Position numbers and translations under genes: made by a program | Part shown: positions 1 to 6,466 of the stretch, piece after piece | Numbering within the stretch: position 1 is the first letter of the stretch | How the letters are laid out: each line of letters opens with the position of its first letter | DNA from: a virus | Lineage: Duplodnaviria; Caudoviricetes | IMG/VR virus record: IMGVR_UViG_3300007983_000014 | Span: 1 to 30,252 of that record | DNA length: 30,252 nt | Direction: 5' to 3' (one strand) | The notes under the pieces: model-generated | The model's database searches: none | Told to the model about the DNA's origin: nothing | Seen by the model: only the letters and a program-made list of their open reading frames with translations

Positions 1-869
1 ATGCGATGGCTTCTCAGCGTCTGGCTACAGTCAACCGCGAAAGAGAGATCAAAACCGAAACTGAATCAGTCATCGGCAGGCTACTAGGCGGAGAGGATGG
101 TGTCAGCGGAGAGGTTTCACAGCGGGCAATGAATCGAGCAATCGATATTGGTAAGAACGACCCAAATCTAAGCCCTACACAAATTGCGGACAGAGTGGGA
201 AAGACCACGCAAGAGCTGTTTCGTGTACAAACTCAGCTAGAAAGCACAGACGCGCCGAGCAATTGGCTCTATAGCTCTCCAGCTACAGGAATTGCCGCAG
301 GAGGGTTAGCAAGTGGGCTAATCGGAGCCGTCAACAGTTTTGACAAATGGGGTGAGACTGTCGGCAAATATCGACAGCCCTATGCAGAGCTTGGCCTTTT
401 AGAAGAGTTGAAGAATAAGATTGAATCTAAAGGGATGACTCCAGAATTTGCCTCCTATTACGCTTATCCACTGAGCGATGAAGTTTCAAGCGGGCTAGAC
501 TCGTTGCCATCTGTCTCCACAAGGGTGCAGCTTGGGACGCTTGGAAAAGGTGCGCGTCAAAAGGTCATCGATTCATACGCAAAGAAGTTATCCCCCGTTC
601 TTGATTCACTGGGCGCAGAGGATAGCTTGATGAGCATCAAGTATGAGCTATTCAGAAAGGGCGTGCCAATTGAAGCATTGGTTCAAGCAGTCGATCAAAA
701 AATGGTCGATAACCCGGACGCGCTTTCTCCAAGGATGAAGAACAGGGAATACCCTGAACTGTCTACACCCATGCAACCTAGCCTATCTGAAGTGTTCTTC
801 AATACGACAAGCCCTAGGAAGAGCGAATTTCTATCTAGATGGAGAACCGGAGGAGCCAAGAAAAAATGA
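1..869 (+). CDS. C-terminal part of a putative internal virion/DNA-ejection protein (begins at 29673 and wraps the window end; ~482 aa joined)
   Basis: G30252 plus AT(1-2) gives GAT, then GCG and ATG(6), in frame with the open frame from 29673. The position after the tail genes is typical of podovirus ejection proteins. Confidence 0.65.
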   Translation, partial: AMASQRLATVNREREIKTETESVIGRLLGGEDGVSGEVSQRAMNRAIDIGKNDPNLSPTQIADRVGKTTQELFRVQTQLESTDAPSNWLYSSPATGIAAGGLASGLIGAVNSFDKWGETVGKYRQPYAELGLLEELKNKIESKGMTPEFASYYAYPLSDEVSSGLDSLPSVSTRVQLGTLGKGARQKVIDSYAKKLSPVLDSLGAEDSLMSIKYELFRKGVPIEALVQAVDQKMVDNPDALSPRMKNREYPELSTPMQPSLSEVFFNTTSPRKSEFLSRWRTGGAKKK

Positions 870-1711
870 CGGCAGCAGTAATTAACCAGTTGATACGCTC
901 AGGCTTTTCCCTAAAGGCCATGAAGAGCATGGCTGGACCCAATGCGGGTAAGTGGAAGTCCTTTGTTAATAGCGCACTTGGCTATGGGTATGGCGCGGGC
1001 GAGATTATTGACTTCATGCAAGCGAATGAAGACCCAAGCAAGACACGCTTCAGAGAGAAAATAGACGCTCGTCGCTCACGCGGTATGGCTACACCTGAAG
1101 AGGAAGCGGCATATAGTGATGCTCAAGCTAGACCCGGGCAATCACTCTCTCAAGCAGCTACTCGAGCAGCTCCACTTGCTGCAGCAATGAACATACCTGG
1201 TTTATTTGGAGGGCAAGCACAACAGCAGCAGCCCACAGAACCGATAGAGCCGATTGCCCCTCAGTCTGCTAACGCCATCCCGCAAAATGCACAAAACAGA
1301 CTAGCGGGAATGATGAAGGCACATAAGGGAAAAAGCCCTCTCAATATGGAGTCTCTCAAGCAGCAGTCGACACAGCGTAGGCTTGGTGAGATGCAATCTC
1401 GAGCCTCTCAGTCGCTCAGAGAGTCAGTATCTGATATTGCCCCCACTGTATTCGAGCAAGCGCAAGCACTTGTCCAACGCATGTCACCCGAAGAAGCAAG
1501 CCTGCAGATCAGAAAGAGCGCAAAACGCACGCCAGCAATCGCAAAGGAAATATCTAGGCTGCGGCGTGAAAGAGGCTTACGCCTAGAGGACGTTATTGCT
1601 CAGGAATTTCAAGCAGGAGCGCAGGCCGGCACACAAGCAGGAGCGCAGGCCGGCACACAAGGAGTAGATCAGATCTTAGCAGAGCTAAACCAGATCCTAG
1701 GGGAGCTCTAA
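866..1711 (+). CDS. Gln/Ala-rich putative internal virion/ejection protein
   Basis: ATG 866 overlaps the upstream TGA (ATGA) and is preferred over track start 839. Helical Q/A-rich composition; virion-module context. Confidence 0.55.
   Translation: MTAAVINQLIRSGFSLKAMKSMAGPNAGKWKSFVNSALGYGYGAGEIIDFMQANEDPSKTRFREKIDARRSRGMATPEEEAAYSDAQARPGQSLSQAATRAAPLAAAMNIPGLFGGQAQQQQPTEPIEPIAPQSANAIPQNAQNRLAGMMKAHKGKSPLNMESLKQQSTQRRLGEMQSRASQSLRESVSDIAPTVFEQAQALVQRMSPEEASLQIRKSAKRTPAIAKEISRLRRERGLRLEDVIAQEFQAGAQAGTQAGAQAGTQGVDQILAELNQILGEL
1610..1661 (+). repeat. 24-bp perfect tandem duplication encoding QAGAQAGT x2
   Basis: CAAGCAGGAGCGCAGGCCGGCACA at 1610-1633 and 1634-1657, followed by CAAG. Confidence 0.95.
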
Positions 1712-2329
1712 ATGGCTAATGCTGCTGCTGTGAAGAAACTCCAACAGCTTGTTGGACAAATTCAGAATAGCGATCTGAAAAACGATCCGCGCATTCAAGC
1801 AGTGCTAGCTAAGATCATGGAGAAGGTACGCGGAGCAGCAGTTGCACCCACCGATGATCAATCTACCTATGCCAAAGCAAAGTATCTGTGGGACCTTTCA
1901 CAGGGAAATACAAAAGCATTCGTCCAGTACCTGCAGCAAGTCCCCGATCCTCAAATGAACGCTCTTATACAAAATCGAGCACAGCTAAATTCTATTGTAA
2001 AGAAATTAGTTGAAAGCAATGCTTTGAGCAAAACGCAAGCACCGGGTGACGGCATACCCCCTGCGCCTCTCCAGTCGAGTAACATAGCTGGATTCAAATA
2101 TGACAAAAGCAGTGGAGCGCTGTCAGTGAAGTTTCACAGCGGTGCCGTGTATGAATACAGCGGTGTACCCAGATGGGTTTATGATGTCTTCAGTAAGGGA
2201 GCTGTCCCGGCAAAGACTAAAGGAAAGAACAAACACGGATCTTGGTGGAAAGGAAAGTCGCCAAGTTTGGGAAGTTCATTGAATCAAATGATCAAAATCG
2301 CGGGATACCCGTACACAAAAATAGCCTAA
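1712..2329 (+). CDS. KTSC-domain protein with N-terminal helical extension
   Basis: C-terminal SSNIAGFKYD..LSVKFHSGAVYEYSGVP..VYDVF..S.GS matches the KTSC pattern. Confidence 0.8.
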   Translation: MANAAAVKKLQQLVGQIQNSDLKNDPRIQAVLAKIMEKVRGAAVAPTDDQSTYAKAKYLWDLSQGNTKAFVQYLQQVPDPQMNALIQNRAQLNSIVKKLVESNALSKTQAPGDGIPPAPLQSSNIAGFKYDKSSGALSVKFHSGAVYEYSGVPRWVYDVFSKGAVPAKTKGKNKHGSWWKGKSPSLGSSLNQMIKIAGYPYTKIA

Positions 2330-2341
2330 ACAGGGGGCATT

Positions 2342-3106
2342 ATGCCATTCGAAAACTTTTCAGCTCAAAACCCGCTTGGATACCTTGGGATCAATCCAGA
2401 CAAAAACCCTGGGATCATTGAAGCAGACAGGGCTCCTACAACAGCAGACCAGTCTGAGATTGGGACTATCTGGGTAGATAAGCCAAATGATGCGGCCTAT
2501 GTTCTCACGTCAGTTGTGGCGAACTCTGCAAACTGGGAGCTAGCAGGAAGTCCCACCGCGGCGGTCTCCTCTCTTGCGAGCGATAGCGGAAGCGCATCAC
2601 CAGCAGCTGGGATAATCACAATTGCAGGAGGGACGGGACTTGATAGCAGCGCATCAGGGTCCACGCTTACACTAGCAGTGAATGAATCCCTAGTGAATGT
2701 TGCAACTGTCAGCCTTACAAGCGCAGAGGTAAAAGCCCTTGCTGCGACACAGATCACGCTTGTTGCTGCACCGGGCGCGGGTAAGATGATTCAGTTCGAA
2801 AGCGCTTCATTTAAGCTAGTATACGGAGGAACGAATGCATTCACAGAAGCAGGCGACAACCTCTCTATCAAGTATACCGACGACAGCGGCGTAGCTGTTT
2901 CGCAAACAATTGAGACCACCGGCTTCATCGATCAGACAGCAAGCACATATACAAATGCTCAGCCCGTTATTGATGCTATCGTTGCTGCCTCTGCAGCTGA
3001 GAACGCACCGCTTGTTTTAGATAACCTAGGCAGCGAAATTGCAGGGAACGCAGCGAACGACAATACTCTTGAAGTTAGCGTGTCATATAGAGTTGTTGAA
3101 ATTTAA
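2342..3106 (+). CDS. Putative virion structural protein (tail/fibre-associated, beta-rich)
   Basis: A/S/T/G-rich; RAPTTAD..IGTIWVD and ITIAGGTG segments typical of phage fibre/base proteins; SD GGGGG upstream. Confidence 0.55.
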   Translation: MPFENFSAQNPLGYLGINPDKNPGIIEADRAPTTADQSEIGTIWVDKPNDAAYVLTSVVANSANWELAGSPTAAVSSLASDSGSASPAAGIITIAGGTGLDSSASGSTLTLAVNESLVNVATVSLTSAEVKALAATQITLVAAPGAGKMIQFESASFKLVYGGTNAFTEAGDNLSIKYTDDSGVAVSQTIETTGFIDQTASTYTNAQPVIDAIVAASAAENAPLVLDNLGSEIAGNAANDNTLEVSVSYRVVEI

Positions 3107-3441
3107 TGACAATAATACCCTCTCAAATTAGATATGTCTAGGTCTCGATGGACCCGGACGGTGTTATCAACGACCATCGAGCAGTTTCCTCAGTTGTAAA
3201 AAATGGCACGGGAGATTTCACCGTAAACCTTGTCGAGCCAATGATTACGGTTCACTATCATGTGTCTGTCATGGTTTACGATTCTTCTAATGATCCAATC
3301 CTTGTGAAGGTTGTTTCAAAAACAACCTCATCATTCAGGTTTCAGCTTAGAGGGGGAGAGGATTCAATCCTCGGTGTAACAGTCTGTAAAGCGGATCTAT
3401 ACGATCCCGACATAGGAATAAGCGTGTACGCATGCGCGTAG
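3106..3441 (+). pseudogene. Small tail-associated beta-rich protein interrupted by an in-frame TAG at 3139-3141 (track calls 3148..3441)
   Basis: ATG 3106 overlaps the upstream TAA and is in frame: MTIIPSQIRYV*VSMDPDGVINDHRAVSSVVKNGTGDFTVNL. This resembles the fibre-terminal pattern AWVNFDG...VSSV..NGTGDYTVNF with W replaced by a stop. Confidence 0.5.
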
Positions 3442-3460
3442 AATTAAACGGGAGAGAGGA

Positions 3461-3790
3461 ATGTCAAACGAGCTAAAAACTGAGCTGAAGGAATTTGACT
3501 CCTCAACGCTCACAGCTAATAACCAGAATTTCGGAAGCGCACTTGAGGGCGTTGGCATAAAGGTCCAGTTCATCAACCCTTCAGACGTAGACGTGTACAT
3601 CACTGATGGCTCGAGCAATTGGAGAGTTTTTGCGGGCGGCACAGTAACATTTGACGAGCAGACGCAAGACGATCAGCAGCAGGGTTCACGCTTTCACTTG
3701 TCGAAGGGTGCACAGCTGCAGATCAGGCAAGTGACAGGCTCGGGAACGGGAACAGTCGTCGCCCACATCGTTACAGAGGTGAACTTATGA
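3461..3790 (+). CDS. Hypothetical beta-rich virion-module protein
   Basis: 109-aa ORF with GGAGAGAGG SD, in the structural cluster. Confidence 0.65.
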   Translation: MSNELKTELKEFDSSTLTANNQNFGSALEGVGIKVQFINPSDVDVYITDGSSNWRVFAGGTVTFDEQTQDDQQQGSRFHLSKGAQLQIRQVTGSGTGTVVAHIVTEVNL

Positions 3791-3894
3791 GCGATGCAGG
3801 GGCTATATAGTAACCGATGGAAAGTGGGTTAATATAAAAACGAACGATAATAATATTTACGCAACACTTATGGGGTTTTACGTGGAGAGCATAG

Positions 3895-4671
3895 ATGAGT
3901 AATGCGAGTTTAGGTGGTGGTGCAATCTCGTCCGTTATCGGCGGAACTGGAATAACTGTTACCGGAGGGGACACGGTCAACCTCGATACGCCTGTTGATG
4001 AGACCGATGGGGGAACGGGACAGACCGCTTACACGACGGGTGACATACTTTATGCGTCAGCGTCGAATACACTGAGCAAGTTGCCTATAGGCAGTGCGGG
4101 AGAGGTGCTAACTGTTAATACGGGGGTTCCAGCTTGGGACCCAGCAGCCGGCGGCGGATCTTGGAACTATCTAGCCTCGGCCTCGGCTTCGGCAAGCGCA
4201 TCTCTTGATTTTACTAGTGTGATCGACGGGACATACAACCATCACGTGCTAGTGTGGCGTGATGGCGTGCATTCAGCAAGCGGAGGCAACATTATCCGCC
4301 TCGAGCTGAGCACAGACAACGGTTCCTCATGGATCACATCAGGTTATCAATCGGGATACACGTACGACGCTTATAATGCAGCAACGTGGGCTAACAGCAG
4401 TTCTACAGCCGGAATAACTACAACATTTATCACAAATAGCACGGCTGGATCTAACAATTCAGGAATACTACATTTGTATAATTTATATGATTCTGGGAGC
4501 TGGGTTGCGGCCCATGGGCAAGCTGCATTTCTGTTGGGGTCCACATGGCAAAAAGCGGTTATTACGGGTTCATACCAGGCCACATCTCAAGTTGACGCCT
4601 TTCGCGTCATCGCTGGATCTGGAACGATGACCACTGGTGAGTACATCTTATACGGAATTTCTGAGGCATAA
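3895..4671 (+). CDS. Putative tail fibre / receptor-binding protein
   Basis: GGTGQTAYTTGDILYASASNTLSKLPIGSAGEVLTV fibre motif followed by a beta-rich C-terminal domain ending ILYGI. Confidence 0.75.
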   Translation: MSNASLGGGAISSVIGGTGITVTGGDTVNLDTPVDETDGGTGQTAYTTGDILYASASNTLSKLPIGSAGEVLTVNTGVPAWDPAAGGGSWNYLASASASASASLDFTSVIDGTYNHHVLVWRDGVHSASGGNIIRLELSTDNGSSWITSGYQSGYTYDAYNAATWANSSSTAGITTTFITNSTAGSNNSGILHLYNLYDSGSWVAAHGQAAFLLGSTWQKAVITGSYQATSQVDAFRVIAGSGTMTTGEYILYGISEA

Positions 4672-4673
4672 AA

Positions 4674-4904
4674 ATGGCTATGAATAAAGTGATCGCAAGT
4701 AGGGACGGCGGTAAAACGGTCCCACTTTCTGAAGCAGAAGAGGAGGAAATGCTCGCAGCATGGAAGAAAGCTGAGAAAGAAATGAAGGAAGAGGAAAATA
4801 GGTCAGACAAGGAAAAGAAGGATTTTGAGTCAGCTATGGATAAGATCTCTGTGCTTCTAAGCAAGTCAGAGAAAGCTGCATTCGCAAAAAAGTTGGGGGT
4901 CTAG
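4674..4904 (+). CDS. Small charged helical protein (possible fibre-associated chaperone)
   Basis: 76 aa, directly after the fibre gene; VPLSEAEEEE motif. Confidence 0.55.
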   Translation: MAMNKVIASRDGGKTVPLSEAEEEEMLAAWKKAEKEMKEEENRSDKEKKDFESAMDKISVLLSKSEKAAFAKKLGV

Positions 4905-4905
4905 G

Positions 4906-5163
4906 TTGGAGATGCTTATCTACTACGCTAAGCGGTTCATGGCCGAAAAGGGCGCTGTGGCTATTCTGGGGGTGTTTGTCTCAATCGCGATTGGGCTGGG
5001 GCTATTTGCCCAGATCAACCGTAATCTGGGCCTCAAGGACGACAACGTTATTGAATCAAATATTGAGGACATGATAGAATCAAAGTTAGGACTTTCAATA
5101 GACTTGACCCCAGACAGCCCTGATGAAGACGACTACACTCTTGAAATGTGGAGAAAAGATTAG
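4906..5163 (+). CDS. Single-pass membrane protein, holin-like
   Basis: Hydrophobic AVAILGVFVSIAIGLGLFA followed by acidic DDNVIE...IDLTPDSP; lies at the end of the late module. Start may be ATG 4912. Confidence 0.55.
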   Translation: MEMLIYYAKRFMAEKGAVAILGVFVSIAIGLGLFAQINRNLGLKDDNVIESNIEDMIESKLGLSIDLTPDSPDEDDYTLEMWRKD

Positions 5164-5210
5164 TGACTGGACATTACTTAATGTAGACGGGAATCGCCAG
5201 AGGACGAAAA

Positions 5211-5618
5211 ATGAGCATCGGAGTAACCGGGGTCTCAATAGCCCCAGAGCTAAACCTGAGCTTTCACAAGGGATCTCTGAGTTGCTTTGATCGGCTATGC
5301 TGCTGCTCCACTCCAGACGCTAGCTCAGTCACGCTTGACGATCAGCTTTACATAGATCACAAGCTCCGAGTCATACGTTGGCAAGACAAAAAGGAAGTGT
5401 GCGGAATAGACTCGACCCATGCACGCCTCAAGTTAATCGTGGTTGACCGTCTCCATCGTGTCAGCCCTTCTCCATTCATAGATGCGCACGCCGCCTTCGA
5501 AATGTCAAGCATCGAGTGGGACGAGCCGCAGCCCATCAAGGCTTCAGACCTGAAGAGGCTAAGCAAGTGCGTTGCCAAAATCAAAGAGTCAATTTTGCAG
5601 AATTCCACTATTATTTGA
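5211..5618 (+). CDS. Hypothetical protein with a Cys cluster (SCFDRLCCC)
   Basis: 135-aa ORF with GAGG SD. Confidence 0.65.
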   Translation: MSIGVTGVSIAPELNLSFHKGSLSCFDRLCCCSTPDASSVTLDDQLYIDHKLRVIRWQDKKEVCGIDSTHARLKLIVVDRLHRVSPSPFIDAHAAFEMSSIEWDEPQPIKASDLKRLSKCVAKIKESILQNSTII

Positions 5619-5643
5619 TGCTACTGCATGCTATGATTAACGC

Positions 5644-5718
5644 ACTCCTTCAGTCGTGTTGTTACATTTATCGTTGAAGTGAGTAGGGCCGATCGGGTTA
5701 TCCCGGTTGGCCTTTTTT
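5644..5718 (+). ncRNA. Candidate small RNA 1 (antisense-like to the early-operon leader at 9802-9828)
   Basis: Extended -10 TGcTATGAT (5629-5637), no clear -35. 5' hairpin, then terminator GGCCGATCGGG/CCCGGTTGGCC + T6 (5687-5718). The terminator could also serve the upstream gene. Confidence 0.6.
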
Positions 5719-5754
5719 GTTTACAGCTACGCAAGTTGGTGCCATGATGAGTTG

Positions 5755-5838
5755 ATCAGTAACCTGGGTAGTTGTTGACGCATCCCCATCAGTTCGCTGG
5801 TGGGCCGCCACTAAGTCAGTCTTAGTGGCTTTTTTTTT
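5755..5838 (+). ncRNA. Candidate small RNA 2
   Basis: TTTACA(5720)-17 nt-CATGAT(5743) with TG extension. UUCG hairpin 5785-5804. Terminator GCCACTAAG/CTTAGTGGC + T9 (5807-5838). Confidence 0.65.
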
Positions 5839-5850
5839 GTGATCAACTCA

Positions 5851-5961
5851 GAAAATGAGAAAGCCCAGTGCAGCAAACACTGAGCTTCTTAATAGCTGAT
5901 ACTTGGGATATCAGCGGACTGATACTTTGGATATCAGAGGACAGATACTTGACATGTTCTG
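5851..5961 (-). ncRNA. Candidate small RNA 3 with tandem hairpin repeats
   Basis: Minus-strand TTGACT(5995-5990)-17 nt-TATCTT(5972-5967). Repeated hairpins, then terminator-like stem 5861-5887 and a pyrimidine tail. Confidence 0.6.
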
Positions 5962-5963
5962 TC
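5896..5963. repeat. Three 23-nt-period repeats; two are CTGATA-N7-TATCAG palindromes
   Basis: CTGATACTTGGGATATCAG (5896-5914) and CTGATACTTTGGATATCAG (5919-5937). Core GATACTT at 5898, 5921 and 5944. Confidence 0.9.
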
Positions 5964-6069
5964 TTAAAGATATCCAAACGCACGTCTGAAGTCAAGCAGA
6001 AGCAATAAGCGTGCACGATATATGTCAGTTTTTTTTGAATTAAATGACGCGCTTGGATAGAGTGCGGTT

Positions 6070-6149
6070 AGATTTTCCGCTCTCCAAAGTGAAGTGGTTG
6101 ATTGGCCCTGGTGGAAGTTGCGTGAGCCTTGGCGGGCTCACGCTTTTTT
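6070..6149 (+). ncRNA. Candidate small RNA 4
   Basis: TTGAAT(6035)-17 nt-TAGAGT(6058). Terminator GCGTGAGCC/GGCTCACGC + T6 (6120-6149). No ORF inside. Confidence 0.6.
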
Positions 6150-6212
6150 CTCCATCAAAAACAAGTGAATAATTTCATTGGATTTAACGCAAAAGTGTCA
6201 ACTTATAGTTGA

Positions 6213-6240
6213 ATGCAACATAACATGAGTTATCCGACTA
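6213..6240 (-). other. dif-like XerC/XerD recombination site (11-6-11)
   Basis: Minus strand TAGTCGGATAA-CTCATG-TTATGTTGCAT. The right arm is 9/11 identical to the canonical XerD arm TTATGTTAAAT, and the left arm ends in the ATAA core of XerC arms. Confidence 0.7.
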
Positions 6241-6373
6241 AAGTATTATTTTCAAGCGCTATCAACTTAAGTATTCTATTGGCTTCCAATCTAGTAACTT
6301 TTAGTTTACGCATTAAAAAAGAAATACTCAACTTGCCGAACTCAATTGCTAGTTTGCGTGCTTGCTCATCCAT
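6230..6373 (-). CDS. Stand-alone FtsK gamma-domain-like protein (47 aa)
   Basis: EQARKLAIEFGKLSISFLMRKLKVTRLEANRIL aligns without gaps to E. coli FtsK-gamma [33 protein letters not shown] (recalled sequence; 11/33 identical). ATG 6373 preferred over track start 6448. Confidence 0.65.
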   Translation of the reverse strand: MDEQARKLAIEFGKLSISFLMRKLKVTRLEANRILKLIALENNTLVG

Positions 6374-6431
6374 CGTATCCGAGCGCTTAAATTTTGTCAC
6401 TGTCCAGGTCACTCTTGTTATTGCTGAAGGC

Positions 6432-6466
6432 CTACCAATTGCTACCAATATCTACCAAATTGGTAG
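6432..6466. repeat. Phased heptamer array: CTACCAA x3 direct plus one inverted
   Basis: CTACCAA at 6432, 6442 and 6452 (10-bp period); TTGGTAG at 6460-6466. Confidence 0.85.

Noticed and set aside
3895-4671. Diversity-generating retroelement acting on the fibre gene
   Set aside because: No reverse transcriptase and no template/variable repeat pair were seen.
5687-5696. GGCCGATCGG shared between the sRNA1 terminator and the rep leader (11674-11683, reverse complement)
   Set aside because: Short, near-palindromic and buried in a terminator stem; likely chance.
5890-5945. CsrB/RsmZ-like GGA sponge on the plus strand
   Set aside because: The GGA contexts mostly do not fit ANGGA, and the better promoter and terminator point to the minus strand.
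5896-5963. Mini CRISPR array
   Set aside because: The 19-nt repeats are separated by only 4 nt, so there are no spacers, and no cas genes are present.
6182-6210. Second dif-like site (ATTTAACGCAA resembles a XerD arm)
   Set aside because: No XerC-like arm at the 6-bp spacing.
5619-6212. tRNA genes
   Set aside because: No cloverleaf or T-loop GTTCGA with a matching acceptor stem could be built.
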